This document shows positions 22,668 to 32,791 of a stretch of 64,000 nucleotides of DNA, piece after piece. The position numbers and the translations under genes were made by a program. The notes below the pieces were generated by a model. That model saw only the letters and a list, made by a program, of their open reading frames with translations. It had not been told where the DNA came from and ran no database searches. Source of the DNA: an uncultured Verrucomicrobiae bacterium. Its GTDB lineage: Bacteria > Verrucomicrobiota > Verrucomicrobiia > Chthoniobacterales > Chthoniobacteraceae. Location: assembly GCA_963836755.1 (NCBI GenBank), contig CAWIKF010000002.1, positions 1,216,001 through 1,280,000 on the forward strand, in the 5' to 3' direction. Position 1 is the stretch's first letter. Every line of letters begins with the position of its first letter.

Positions 22668-23381
22668 TTACGTTTCGAGCGCGCGGATGACGCCGGACGC
22701 GAGCGCGCCGATCACGTCAAACTTTGAAATTTGCACGCACCATTCCACTTCCTCGCCGCGAGATTTTGCGACGAGCGCGCGGCCGTTTCGCGCGCCGCGC
22801 ACCGCTTCCAAAATGTTGCCTCGATGCTCGCGATAAACAGCGGCAGCGACTTGCGCGGAATCGGTCGGTTCGCTCGCGAAGCCGCATGAACAAAGCATTC
22901 CCGCCGCAAGCACATCCTCCATTGCAACTTCACGAAAAGTTCCTGCGCAAATCAGCAGCACTTCCGGCGGCGACGACTGTTGTAAAAAATCGACCAGCGC
23001 GTTCATGTTCAAAAGTGCTCCGACGAGCACGAGCCGCGCATGTTCGCAAGCGCGCAGCGCGATCGTCCCATTCGTCGTCGTGGTGATGATTTGCGCACCG
23101 GTGACGTTGCGATATTCCAGCGGTGAATTTCCAATGTCGAAGCCGTCGATTTTGTCGCCGTTCCTTTCGCCACCGAGCTTCGCGCGTGGCAACCGAGTCT
23201 TCATTTCCAGCGCTTCCTCGATCGTTCGCGCGGGAAAAATCTCCGCAACGCCGTGCGCAAGCCCTGTGATCATCGATGAAGTCGCGCGCAACACGTCGAA
23301 AACGATCACCGTCGTCTCCCGCAAATCGCGCTGTGGAAGCAAATCAATTTCTGCGGGATTGAGGACGACATCGATTTTCAT
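22668..23381 (-). CDS. comB: 2-phosphosulfolactate phosphatase family protein
   Basis: DVLRATS, GER, GNSP, TTTNGT. Confidence 0.9.
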   Translation of the reverse strand: MKIDVVLNPAEIDLLPQRDLRETTVIVFDVLRATSSMITGLAHGVAEIFPARTIEEALEMKTRLPRAKLGGERNGDKIDGFDIGNSPLEYRNVTGAQIITTTTNGTIALRACEHARLVLVGALLNMNALVDFLQQSSPPEVLLICAGTFREVAMEDVLAAGMLCSCGFASEPTDSAQVAAAVYREHRGNILEAVRGARNGRALVAKSRGEEVEWCVQISKFDVIGALASGVIRALET

Positions 23382-24220
23382 CGCGCGCTTTTTTTACGCG
23401 TCGAGCGTGCGTGATGAAACAAGTATTGCTGCGCGTAGCCGCCAAACTCCCCGAAGTATGTTTGCGAAAATTCGCGCAACCGCGCGGCGGTTACTTTTCG
23501 TTTTCGCGGGAAATAAATCTCGCGCAAAACGCGTTCGATCCAGACGTCGATCGGAAAGGCCCGCACGCGCTCGAACGCGAAAAGGAGCACGCAGTTTGCA
23601 ACTTTTTCGCCGACGCCCGGAAGGCGACAAAGTTCTGCTCGCGCGGCTTCATCACTGAGCACACCAATTTTTTCCAAGTCGATTTCGCCGCTCGCGATCA
23701 TGTGCGCAGTCGCAAGCAAATTTTTCGCGCGATAGCCCAGCGCGCAACTGCGCAGTTCCTCTTCATTGCTCTTCGCAAGCCGCTTCGCGGGCGGATAGCT
23801 GAACAATTCTGCCCCGCGAAAACTGAGCCGCTTCCCAAATCGCCGCCGCAGCGTTTGCGAGATTTGCGCGATGTGCGCGACCTGTTTCATCGACGATGTG
23901 ATGAAAGTCGCGAGGCATTCCCACGCCGGCTGGCGGATAATTCGCAGGCCGCGACAAAACGCGAGCGCATCGCTCATCGTGGGATCAGAAGGGAACGTTT
24001 GGTAAATTTTCGTTAACGGATGATCGAGCGCGAAATAATGCGCGACAAAGTTTGGGTCGGCGTCGGTGAAAAGTTCCGCGCCGCGCTGTTCAACATAAAC
24101 CGGCACGTCGCCAATCGCGCCGACGAAGCCCGGGCCGAGCGGGTGCCAATTAAAAACCTGACCGCATTGGAGCGTGACCGCGAGGTTGAAATCGGGCGCG
24201 GCGACGCGCGCGTAGGTCAT
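23378..24220 (-). CDS. 8-oxoguanine DNA glycosylase (HhH-GPD)
   Basis: CGQVFNW, LGYRAK, LPGVGEKVANC, FPIDVW, GYAQQYLF. Confidence 0.9.
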   Translation of the reverse strand: MTYARVAAPDFNLAVTLQCGQVFNWHPLGPGFVGAIGDVPVYVEQRGAELFTDADPNFVAHYFALDHPLTKIYQTFPSDPTMSDALAFCRGLRIIRQPAWECLATFITSSMKQVAHIAQISQTLRRRFGKRLSFRGAELFSYPPAKRLAKSNEEELRSCALGYRAKNLLATAHMIASGEIDLEKIGVLSDEAARAELCRLPGVGEKVANCVLLFAFERVRAFPIDVWIERVLREIYFPRKRKVTAARLREFSQTYFGEFGGYAQQYLFHHARSTRKKSAR

Positions 24221-24837
24221 TGCACGAAGTAGCTCAAGTTTTCGAGCTCGAGAGCGAGATCCACGTTGTTCACGACGACACCGTCGGACACGTTTAGGAC
24301 CACTGGCGAAAAATTCAGGATGCCGGTAATGCCTGCGGCGATGAGTTCCTCGGCGACTTGTTGCGCGACCGGGCCGGGCACCGTGAGGATCGCGAGCTTG
24401 ACGCGCTTATCGCGCACGAAGCCGCGTAGTTTCGACATTGGCAGCAAACGCACCCGCATTTCACGCGCGCTTTTTTTCGGCGGCAAAATGTCGAACGCAG
24501 CGAGGATATCGAAGCCCTCTTTCGTGAAGCCGCCGTAGCGCAAAAGCGCCGCGCCGAGATTGCCCGCGCCGACGAGGATCACCGGTTGCAGCCGCGTGGC
24601 GCCGAGCGCTTCGTTGAGTTTTGCGCGGAGCGCGATGACGTTGTAGCCAAGTCCGCGCGTGCCGAATTGCCCGAAATGCGTGAGGTCTTTGCGCAGTTGC
24701 GTCGGCTTTACGCCGGCGGCTTTCGCGAGCGCGGCGGAGGAGACGGTGCGGATGTTCGCGGCGCTGAGCTGCTGGAGCGCGCGGTAGTAAAGCGATAGCC
24801 GGTAAACCGTTTTTCGGGGAATGAGCAGTCGCGACAC
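24217..24837 (-). CDS. rex: Redox-sensing transcriptional repressor Rex
   Basis: RLSLYYR, LRKDLTHFGQFGTRGLGY, GAGNLG, ILNFSP; start codon uncertain. Confidence 0.92.
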   Translation of the reverse strand: MSRLLIPRKTVYRLSLYYRALQQLSAANIRTVSSAALAKAAGVKPTQLRKDLTHFGQFGTRGLGYNVIALRAKLNEALGATRLQPVILVGAGNLGAALLRYGGFTKEGFDILAAFDILPPKKSAREMRVRLLPMSKLRGFVRDKRVKLAILTVPGPVAQQVAEELIAAGITGILNFSPVVLNVSDGVVVNNVDLALELENLSYFVQ

Positions 24838-24927
24838 GGCGAAAAAAAGCTCCGCGAAGGTGCGTGACTTTGCGTGCAAAGGCAAGTGCCGGTTGAATTA
24901 GCAGCACGAAACGGTCATCGTCGGCTC

Positions 24928-25683
24928 ATGCGACTCAATCGTTTTCTCGCCGCCGCTGGTTTCGGCTCGCGTCGCGGCTGCGAGGAATTGATCCGCGACG
25001 GGCGCGTCACCATCAATGGCCAGGTCTGCATAAAGATGGCAACGGAGGTCGCGGATGCCGATTTCGTCAAGGTCGATGGCAAACGCGCGGCTGGCGAGAA
25101 ACGGCTCCACGTCTTGCTTCACAAGCCACGCGGCTACATTTGCACCGCATCGGACGAGCACGACCGTCGCACGATTTTTGATCTGCTGCCGCGAAATTGG
25201 CCGCGCGTTTTTCATGTCGGCAGGCTCGACAAGGAAAGTTCCGGGCTGCTGATTTTGACGAACGACGGCGATCTTTCGCTGCGGCTCACGCATCCGCGTT
25301 TCAAAATCGAAAAGGAATACGCGGTGCTGCTCGATCGTGCGTTCGCGTCCGCAGACCGTGGCAAGTTGTTAAACGGTGTGCGGATCGAGGGCGGCCTCGC
25401 GCGCGCGGAGTCGGTGAGCTGGCTTTCGCCAAAGGCGCTGCGCGTGGTGCTGCGGCAGGGGCTGAAGCGGCAGATTCGCCTGATGTTTCGCGAGCTTGGC
25501 TATGAGGTCAAAGAATTGGTGCGCACCAGAATCGGTTTACTGCAGCTCGAGAATCTGCCCGCAGGAAAGTGGCGATTTTTGACGCCGGCCGAAGTGGCTG
25601 CGCTCACAGCGCAGGAGCCCGAAAAGCCAGTCCGTGCGCCGCGGCCACGGCGTGATTTGCCAGCACGCCATCCATCAAGTTGA
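24928..25683 (+). CDS. rRNA pseudouridine synthase (RsuA/RluB family)
   Basis: S4 domain MRLNRFLA..GSRR, GRLDKESSGL, RQIRLM. Confidence 0.92.
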   Translation: MRLNRFLAAAGFGSRRGCEELIRDGRVTINGQVCIKMATEVADADFVKVDGKRAAGEKRLHVLLHKPRGYICTASDEHDRRTIFDLLPRNWPRVFHVGRLDKESSGLLILTNDGDLSLRLTHPRFKIEKEYAVLLDRAFASADRGKLLNGVRIEGGLARAESVSWLSPKALRVVLRQGLKRQIRLMFRELGYEVKELVRTRIGLLQLENLPAGKWRFLTPAEVAALTAQEPEKPVRAPRPRRDLPARHPSS

Positions 25684-26704
25684 TTCCGGAGATCAGCTCC
25701 GGATGCCGTTCACAAGCGGTTTTGAGGCCAAAGTTCGCAAGCGCCTCGAGATACGGGAATGTGACGTTCGTTAACGCTTGTGTCGCAGTGCGCGCATACG
25801 CGGCAGGCATGTTCGCGACGCAGTAGTGCGTGATTTGTTCTTCCACGAAAACGGGAGCGTCGTGCGTGGTGGGATGCGAAGTTTCCGCGCAACCGCCTTG
25901 GTCGATCGCGATGTCGACAAAGACGCTGCCGGGCTTCATCGCGCGGAGCATGTCGCGCTTGATCAACTTTGGCGCCTTCGCACCGGGCAGCAGCACTGCG
26001 CCGACGAGGAGATCGACGCGCGGTAGCAATTCGATGAGATGCGCTTCGCTCGAATAAAGCGTGTGCGCGGTCTGCATCGTGATGTCGAGAAAACGCATCC
26101 GCTCGACATCGACCTCGAGGATCGTCACATCAGCGCCGAGGCCAGTGGCCATGCGGGCTGCGTTCACGCCGGCTGATCCACCGCCTAGCACGACCACGCG
26201 GCCCGGCAGCACGCCGGGCACGCCGCCGAGCAGCACGCCCGTGCCGCCGCAATGCTTCGCGAGAAAATATCCGCCGACGATGATCGACATGCGCCCCGCG
26301 ATTTCGCTCATCGGCTCGAGCAGCGGCAGGCGATGTTTGACTTCGACGGTTTCGTAGGCCAGCGCGGTGACGCCGGATGCGAGCAGCGCGTCGGTAAGCG
26401 TGCGATTCGCGGCGAGATGGAGATAGGTGAAAAGAATTTGCCCGCGCCGGAACAGATCATATTCCTGCGGCAGCGGTTCCTTCACTTTCACAATCAAATC
26501 CGCGCGCGCGAAAATCTCCTCGTGCCCCGAGACAAGCTGCGCTCCGGCACTTTCGTAATCCGAATCGGCGAAGCCGGAGCCGATGCCGGCGGACTTTTCG
26601 ACGATGACTTCGTGTCCGTTTTTGATGAGCTGATAAGCGGCCGAGGGGAGCAGTGCGACGCGGCTCTCCTGCTCCTTGATTTCCCGCGGAACGCCGATGA
26701 CCAT
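25604..26704 (-). CDS. ald: Alanine dehydrogenase
   Basis: MVIGVPREIK, FTYLHLAA, PMSEIAGR, DIAIDQGG, YCVANMP. Confidence 0.95.
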   Translation of the reverse strand: MVIGVPREIKEQESRVALLPSAAYQLIKNGHEVIVEKSAGIGSGFADSDYESAGAQLVSGHEEIFARADLIVKVKEPLPQEYDLFRRGQILFTYLHLAANRTLTDALLASGVTALAYETVEVKHRLPLLEPMSEIAGRMSIIVGGYFLAKHCGGTGVLLGGVPGVLPGRVVVLGGGSAGVNAARMATGLGADVTILEVDVERMRFLDITMQTAHTLYSSEAHLIELLPRVDLLVGAVLLPGAKAPKLIKRDMLRAMKPGSVFVDIAIDQGGCAETSHPTTHDAPVFVEEQITHYCVANMPAAYARTATQALTNVTFPYLEALANFGLKTACERHPELISGINLMDGVLANHAVAAAHGLAFRAPAL

Positions 26705-27255
26705 TAATTTCTCGACGGATCGTCGGGTGCGGCGGCGAGCAGCCGGAACCACGGCCCCTGCTCGCGCATGATGGTCGGCCAAAGTTCCTTGCACTTTTCC
26801 AAATCGAGCAAATCGCGGTCCGGCTTTTGCACGAGCCATGCCTTTTGAGCCAGCTCCGCTTCGAGCTGACCGCGGCTCCAGCCGGCGTAACCAATGAACG
26901 CACGCACCGCCTCGAAATGATTGGCGGCGAGCTCGCGTGCCTCGTCGATGAGCAAATGCGTGCGGCAGACAATGGCGTCGTCGCGCCACGTCAGCGAAGC
27001 GAACATGAGCTGATCGCCTGAAACTGGTCCGCCGAAAAAAACCGGCACGTCGCCCAGCATGTGCGTCTCCTGTTCCGGCAGAAAATCGCCGACACTCTTT
27101 TCCGTCGGGCGATTGAGAACAAAGCCGAACGAGCCTTCCTGAGTGTCATTCGCGGAAATGTAGAGCACCGTGCGGCGGAAATTCGGATCGAGCAAGTTCG
27201 GATGCGCGATCAGAAGCGAGTTCGCGAGGCCGAGCGATTTAGGAAATTCGCGCAC
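26704..27255 (-). CDS. YqgE/AlgH family protein
   Basis: DPNFRRTV, GFVLNRP, GGPV, GYAGWSRGQL. Confidence 0.9.
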   Translation of the reverse strand: MREFPKSLGLANSLLIAHPNLLDPNFRRTVLYISANDTQEGSFGFVLNRPTEKSVGDFLPEQETHMLGDVPVFFGGPVSGDQLMFASLTWRDDAIVCRTHLLIDEARELAANHFEAVRAFIGYAGWSRGQLEAELAQKAWLVQKPDRDLLDLEKCKELWPTIMREQGPWFRLLAAAPDDPSRN

Positions 27256-27373
27256 GGGAATAGGGTTTCATTGAGGCTGTATCTCGGCAAGCTTCCGCTC
27301 TGAAATAAACGCGCGCCATCGCGCAAACGCGCTTGCATGGCATGGCAAGCTTCGCCATGTTGTCGCGCTCTGC

Positions 27374-27445
27374 GGCGGGGTAGCCAAGTGGTAAGGCCGA
27401 GGTCTGCAAAACCTCTATTCGCGGGTTCGATTCCCGCCCCCGCCT
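27374..27445 (+). tRNA. tRNA-Cys (GCA)
   Basis: Cloverleaf GGCGGGG...CCCCGCC-T, anticodon loop CTGCAAA, GTTCGATT T-loop. Confidence 0.95.
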
Positions 27446-27536
27446 CTCTTTGAAATCTTTGTTCCGCGCGGAAAAAAAGGCTTTCACTTTTCCGATTGCG
27501 AGCGACCCGCCCGATGTTAAAAACGATCGGGCAAAA

Positions 27537-27621
27537 GCCGATGTGGCGGAATGGCAGACGCAACGGACTTAAAATCCGTTGACCTTAACGGGTCGTGCGG
27601 GTTCGAGTCCCGCCATCGGCA
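27537..27621 (+). tRNA. tRNA-Leu (TAA)
   Basis: GCCGATG...CATCGGC-A, anticodon loop CTTAAAA, long variable arm, GTTCGAGT. Confidence 0.95.
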
Positions 27622-27634
27622 GCTTGCGCGCCAG

Positions 27635-29098
27635 CTAAGGCTGCAGCAGTCGATTGAGCGTATACCAACCGGTCGAGTTCGTCAGTGATTCGCCGGTCTG
27701 ACTGCGCACTCCTTTGGCTGTGATTTGGTAAACCTCGCCTTTGATCAGTGGCATCTGGATGTCGACGGACTTTGCATCGGAGGAGACTGCCAGCTGCGTC
27801 GGAACTGTCGCAGCTTCTCCGAATTTATTCGAGCCATAAGCAGGATGGTAGTCGTAATGCCAGTGTTTGAGTTCATACGAAGCGGCGCTGGCGGCGGCTT
27901 CCGCATTGACCGGCTTTGTGAAGCTGACTTTGAAGCCAGTAGGTGTGAGATGGATGTTATCAATCTCAAAAGGGGTGGTATGTCCGTCCCACGATAGGCG
28001 TTCGAAGCCCCACGGTTTCCCGCTGGCGACGCCCCAGCCGTGATCGACCTCTCCCATCCAAAGGCTGCCGTCGGGGGCGAACGCGCCACGGATGTAACCG
28101 CTTTGCAATCCGTTGCCGAAGTTATACACAGTGCCTTGGTATTCTCCGCCGATCTTTTCAATGGTCGCGCGCATCATATTGCACTTCGTTTGATCGCCGA
28201 AGAAGATCTGGTTCTCGAAAGGACCAAACTTTCCATGGGTGTAGTCGAAAACCGGTTGCGCCGGACAATTCGCAAGCTCGCCATAAGGCACCCAAAGCAC
28301 AGGCGCCGTAGTCATCTTCTTGAAGTCGGCGATCGGCACTTTGTTGAGATCACGGCCGGCGAAATCTGCGCGATCGGCCAGCGATGATGGGTGCAGGTAA
28401 AAGCGGTCCTTTACCAGTTGGAAGAGAGGGGAAGTCGCAACCCAATCCCCTTGGCTATCCATGATGAAGATTTCGTTTTTGTCATTGACCGCAAGCCCGA
28501 CCGGCGACCGGAAACCCGAAGCATAGGGGACAAACTTTCCGTCGGGAGTGATCTGCACCACCCAGCCGCGCCATGGCGAGGGATGAGTCATCGTGCTGCC
28601 GCGCACTCCGCCGGGGCCGCCATGGCCGAGGTTAAGCGCGACGTATAAATTTCCTTCCGCATCTCGCACGGGCCCATGCGCAAACTCATGGTAGTTGCCG
28701 TCAAAGCCCCAGTCGCCATTGATGCGGCGGTAAAGGTCTGCCGTCCCGTCGCCGTCCTCATCGACGAGCTCGGTCAACTCGGGACGCTGGGAGACAAAGA
28801 TGTGGCCTGGCTTCTTATCGACAAGCACGCCAAGCGGCTCTTGTAGTCCGCGCGCGAAGATGTGCCATTCGGGCTTTGAGTTCTCGACCTTCCTGGTCCA
28901 TACATCGCCATCTCGTGTGCAAAGATAGAGTGTGCCGTTGGCGGCAAAGTCGAGACCGGTGACCTCGAATGGGATACCTTCCGGCACTGGAATGCTTTCG
29001 ATATGATAGCCGGGCGGAAACACAGCCGGCGGCATCGGCGCCGCTTGCAAGAGCGAAGTGCCACTTAGCAAGAGGAATAGAGTAAGTAGTTTCTTCAC
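27635..29098 (-). CDS. Secreted beta-propeller protein (glucose/sorbosone dehydrogenase-like, PVC-type)
   Basis: Signal peptide, DEDGDGTAD, NYHEFAHGP, SGFRSP, DSQGDW. Confidence 0.7.
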   Translation of the reverse strand: MKKLLTLFLLLSGTSLLQAAPMPPAVFPPGYHIESIPVPEGIPFEVTGLDFAANGTLYLCTRDGDVWTRKVENSKPEWHIFARGLQEPLGVLVDKKPGHIFVSQRPELTELVDEDGDGTADLYRRINGDWGFDGNYHEFAHGPVRDAEGNLYVALNLGHGGPGGVRGSTMTHPSPWRGWVVQITPDGKFVPYASGFRSPVGLAVNDKNEIFIMDSQGDWVATSPLFQLVKDRFYLHPSSLADRADFAGRDLNKVPIADFKKMTTAPVLWVPYGELANCPAQPVFDYTHGKFGPFENQIFFGDQTKCNMMRATIEKIGGEYQGTVYNFGNGLQSGYIRGAFAPDGSLWMGEVDHGWGVASGKPWGFERLSWDGHTTPFEIDNIHLTPTGFKVSFTKPVNAEAAASAASYELKHWHYDYHPAYGSNKFGEAATVPTQLAVSSDAKSVDIQMPLIKGEVYQITAKGVRSQTGESLTNSTGWYTLNRLLQP

Positions 29099-30615
29099 GG
29101 CTTTTCAGTAGGGTGGGTTGTAGCGGCGAGAGTTACCGAGAACTTTGACGCCTTGTCCGCAGGAACGGTTAATACGTTTCCGTCGAAGGAACCGGCACTC
29201 GATACAGCCTTGTTGGCACCGCTGGTGGTTACGAAGCGAACAGGTCCCGGCGGGTTATCCATCTGGAAGCTCAACGTCACGCGATGAGCCTCGAGAGGAG
29301 TTCCTGGAGCTGCAGCTACTGTCTCGGTAACTTTGGTTCCATCCACCGTGAACATGATTTGCGGCGAGGCTTGCATCCGATAGCCGAGGAACTTCACGAC
29401 CGGCTTGTCATTCGTCCCGATTCGCAACGGAAACCCGTCATAGCCCAAAGTAAAGGTCTCGCCAAGCGGGTTACAAGTCTTGCCGCCGCGCGCATCGCGA
29501 TTCGGGCCTACATCGAGAAACGAGCCAGTCCAAACATAGCGCACGGCGCACTGCCTGAGATCAAAGCAGTAGTTAAGACCTCCCACCAAACCTACTGCCA
29601 TCGAGACGGGCGAGGTATTAGGCAGCAGCACGCGCACGATCCTCGGTGCATCGGTTACCTCCACCACATCGGGCCTTGCAAGCCGCTCCGTGAGAACCTT
29701 GCGCCTGACGTCCGGCGCCGATACATATAAGGCGAGGTCGGGCTCGGAACTGGTTGAGTAAAAGCGAAGCCTCATCGCATGATCGCCCTTATTGAGTTTG
29801 ATCTTGCCGGTTTTCTCCGCGAGTGAGCTTGTGACGACAAGGTTGCCATCCATGGTCAGGTCGCCTTTTTGCACAGCCGTCAGGCCGAAAGTATATTCGG
29901 CTGTGACAGGCGCGACGAAAGTAGCGTCGAAGACGTAGTCAAAGATCCCGCGCGGATTGGCGACACCGATGCTGAAAAGGTTGTTCTTGATCGCACCTTC
30001 CTTGGTTGGCTTGATGGCGTCGGGATTAGGCAGGTCATCGAGCTTGGTATCATAGTAGCGAAACTTTACATCCTTGAGAGATGCAGTCTGCTGCGCGTCT
30101 CTGTGAGCTGTCACTTTCATGAAGCCCTTCATCGTCATCGCATGGCCGGGAACAGTGCAGACGAAAGGATACTCGCCCTCCGCTGCGGGAGCCTTGAAGT
30201 AGATCGTGTTGCTTTTGCCGGGATCGACCAGGTTTACATGGTCCAGCACATCGGGACTGTCCGGGATGAATTGCTTCTTGAGCGCGTCATCACCCATCGC
30301 CCAAGCCTTTTGCGCCACGCTAAGGCCAGCGTCATTCGATGGCTTACAGATGACGAGATTGTGCTGCATGATGTCAGGGTTCTTCAACGTCAGCTTCACG
30401 TTGCTATTAGGCTTCACGGAAAAAGACGGAGTATCGTAAGCCATCTTTCCGGGGACAACACCGACCGTCACCGATTCATCGATCTTGCCGAACCCCGCGG
30501 GCGCGTCTTGGGCGAAAGTTGGATAGCCAATAGCGAAAGCCATCAGCACGAACAGCCCGCGCGTCACGCGAAGAAGGAATGGGGAGTTAGCTTGTCGAGG
30601 ACTGATATGATCCAT
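29095..30615 (-). CDS. Azurin/plastocyanin-like copper-binding protein with PA14-like domain
   Basis: MQHNLV...YPFVCTVPGHAMTMKG type-1 Cu ligands, followed by a PA14-like region. Confidence 0.8.
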   Translation of the reverse strand: MDHISPRQANSPFLLRVTRGLFVLMAFAIGYPTFAQDAPAGFGKIDESVTVGVVPGKMAYDTPSFSVKPNSNVKLTLKNPDIMQHNLVICKPSNDAGLSVAQKAWAMGDDALKKQFIPDSPDVLDHVNLVDPGKSNTIYFKAPAAEGEYPFVCTVPGHAMTMKGFMKVTAHRDAQQTASLKDVKFRYYDTKLDDLPNPDAIKPTKEGAIKNNLFSIGVANPRGIFDYVFDATFVAPVTAEYTFGLTAVQKGDLTMDGNLVVTSSLAEKTGKIKLNKGDHAMRLRFYSTSSEPDLALYVSAPDVRRKVLTERLARPDVVEVTDAPRIVRVLLPNTSPVSMAVGLVGGLNYCFDLRQCAVRYVWTGSFLDVGPNRDARGGKTCNPLGETFTLGYDGFPLRIGTNDKPVVKFLGYRMQASPQIMFTVDGTKVTETVAAAPGTPLEAHRVTLSFQMDNPPGPVRFVTTSGANKAVSSAGSFDGNVLTVPADKASKFSVTLAATTHPTEKP

Positions 30616-30623
30616 GAGAAGCC

Positions 30624-31583
30624 CTAGCTCTTCTTTTCCACGATCCAGATATTCCGATAGACCACTGGATTGTTGTGAAGTTGCAGGTAGAGCGGTGCCG
30701 GTTCCGGTCCTTCTTTGTGACCGGCACTGCGCGTGGCGCGTGGAATCTCCGTGTGATCCTGCACCAGCACGCCGTTCTGCCGGACAGTCGCGAAAGCATT
30801 CGCAGTTTTCTTCCCAGCCGCATCATACTTTGCCGCAGTGAAATCGATGTCGTAGGTCTGCCATTGCAGCGCCGGGAGGCACATGTTCACCAGCGGCTTT
30901 GCGATTTCATAGATCGCGCCGCACTCATTCTCGGCGCCGCTCAGGCCAAAGGAATCGAGCACCTGCACTTCATAGCGATCCTGCAGATAGACGCCGCTGT
31001 TCCCGCGCTCCTGGCCTCGCGCGAATGGCTTGAAAGGAAGCAGGAATTCGACATGGAGCGTGAAGTCCTTGAAAGCTTTCTTCGTCTTCACCCCGCACTG
31101 GAGAACGTCGCCCGGCAGGATCTTGCCATTCTCCCACTCATCCACATTTTTGCCGTCGAAAAGCACCAGCGCCCCCGCGGGCGGCGGCGCCATCTCGGTC
31201 GGCGACTTCCGCATCGTATGCTTCGCCGTCACGGTCTTCCCGTCTTTATTGGTAGCTGTGATTTTGTCGCCGACGATCTCGCCCTTCCAATCGTCGTTTT
31301 TAAAAACAACCTTGTCGCCCTCACGCGCCGCATCCATTTCCGTCTTCCTTTCCGCCTGCGGAGAAGCGCCCGGCAAACCCGGCGCCCAGCCGACGATGTG
31401 GAATTTCCCATCGCCCAGAGCGATGACTTGAGCCCCGCCGTCATCGCCGACGTATTCGCCCTGCACGGAGTAATCGGGCCCCGCTTTTGCAGGATCGGTG
31501 TAGACAGGATGCTTATCCTCCGCGCGGAGAGACGAAGCGAGGGAAAGCGACAATAGTGACAGGATGACGAGGGGAGCACGCAT
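30624..31583 (-). CDS. DUF1080 (3-keto-disaccharide hydrolase) domain protein
   Basis: LFDGK, GNSGVYLQDRYEVQVLDS, LQLHNNPVVYRNIW. Confidence 0.88.
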   Translation of the reverse strand: MRAPLVILSLLSLSLASSLRAEDKHPVYTDPAKAGPDYSVQGEYVGDDGGAQVIALGDGKFHIVGWAPGLPGASPQAERKTEMDAAREGDKVVFKNDDWKGEIVGDKITATNKDGKTVTAKHTMRKSPTEMAPPPAGALVLFDGKNVDEWENGKILPGDVLQCGVKTKKAFKDFTLHVEFLLPFKPFARGQERGNSGVYLQDRYEVQVLDSFGLSGAENECGAIYEIAKPLVNMCLPALQWQTYDIDFTAAKYDAAGKKTANAFATVRQNGVLVQDHTEIPRATRSAGHKEGPEPAPLYLQLHNNPVVYRNIWIVEKKS

Positions 31584-31617
31584 GAGGCAGAGACTTAAAT
31601 GCGTGCGGAGGGAATCG

Positions 31618-32010
31618 TCAAGCAGTCCTCTCTTGGGACGGCATCTCGAAAACCCGCTGATCCCCGCTTGGCTCAGCCTTCGCCTTTTTATAGCCGGTGT
31701 CCGGCTGGTAATCGGGATGCTCCGCCCGTTGCGTCTTATTTAGCAGCCCTTCGATGGTCAGCAGTTGCAACCGCGGAACCTTCTTCCCTGTCTCGCTTTC
31801 GTAAAAACCAGCCGCCGCCGCTTCCGTCTGCATCGCTTTCGTCGGCGCGGCGAGCGTGATGAAAAGACCGATGTCCGCCTTGTCGCGGGCCAGCGTCGCG
31901 ATCAAATCCTTCACCATCGCCGGGCCGACATTCTCGCCGCCCTTCACGCTGATGAGGATGGTGTGGACTTCCTTCCGGTCCCAATCGCGGAAATACCGGA
32001 TGAGATCGCG
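31618..32010 (-). pseudogene. C-terminal fragment of a DNA methyltransferase-restriction endonuclease (Mrr-like) fusion
   Basis: ISVKGG..MVKDL..IGLFITL..PTKAM..AGFY..LQLLTIEGLL; no proper N-terminus; boundary approximate. Confidence 0.72.
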
Positions 32011-32068
32011 CGCGCTTTCGCGGTCTTTGGGCGTCCATCGCTCTCGTTTTGGATAAACACGATGTTCC

Positions 32069-32791
32069 TCAGCGACCGTGCCGCTCAATTAAACGTTTAG
32101 CGAGTTCAGCTACTTTCGCTGATCGCTTATCGATCACTTCTGCCAACGCGTGTTCCATGATTTCGAAGGCGTCCAAAAGATCATCTAGCTTAACTGTCCC
32201 CTCATGGCCACCTGTGTTGCCGAGCCATTTGAGAGCCATAAGTTGATTACCTGTGACAACATCGTTTTTGGCAAATTCTTCAATCCGTTTATGAAGTGTC
32301 ATTTCTTTGCCGTCTTCGCCGATTTTTTTAACCCCCAAATGATCCATCAGCCGCTCAAGTGCGACGCGAACGCGAGTAGCAGCGGCAGCCGCGTCGAGCC
32401 AAAATAGCTGAAATCCCTCGCGTAATTTGTCGCTTACTTCTTCCGGACATTTTGGTGGAATTCGGAAGATGTCCGGCATAGGCCAAAGTATCCGCGCAGC
32501 AAAATAATCACCCCAAGACATTCCGTCCTCGCCATATCCCGGTTCCACACCACCAGTTCCTGAAACGGCAACTTCCTTCTTACAGTGATTGCATTCGAGC
32601 CATGCCGTAAATGAATAAGTGATCCATTCCGGATCCCAATCGTCGTCGGATCGACAGCGCTTTGACTCTAAGGTTTCTTTTTCAACAAGTGATTTCGGGA
32701 CTATCTGAAGACTTCCTTTACGGCATGAAGGGCAAGGCCATGCCGGACAAGAGTGTGCGGTTAAAGTTTCTTTCCAAAGATTTCGATTCAT
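32069..32791 (-). CDS. DUF4145 (HEPN-like) domain protein with Zn ribbon
   Basis: CPSC and CNHC pairs, RVALERL, LHKRIE, WLGNTGGH; more AT-rich than flanks. Confidence 0.75.
   Translation of the reverse strand: MNRNLWKETLTAHSCPAWPCPSCRKGSLQIVPKSLVEKETLESKRCRSDDDWDPEWITYSFTAWLECNHCKKEVAVSGTGGVEPGYGEDGMSWGDYFAARILWPMPDIFRIPPKCPEEVSDKLREGFQLFWLDAAAAATRVRVALERLMDHLGVKKIGEDGKEMTLHKRIEEFAKNDVVTGNQLMALKWLGNTGGHEGTVKLDDLLDAFEIMEHALAEVIDKRSAKVAELAKRLIERHGR

Noticed and set aside
17026..25683. Convergent gene overlaps (17026-17128 and 25604-25683)
   Set aside because: Low-complexity tail extensions are common in compact GC-rich genomes; no sign of special function.
27210..27563. Minus-strand ORFs over the tRNA genes
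   Set aside because: They are antisense translations of tRNA-Cys and tRNA-Leu.
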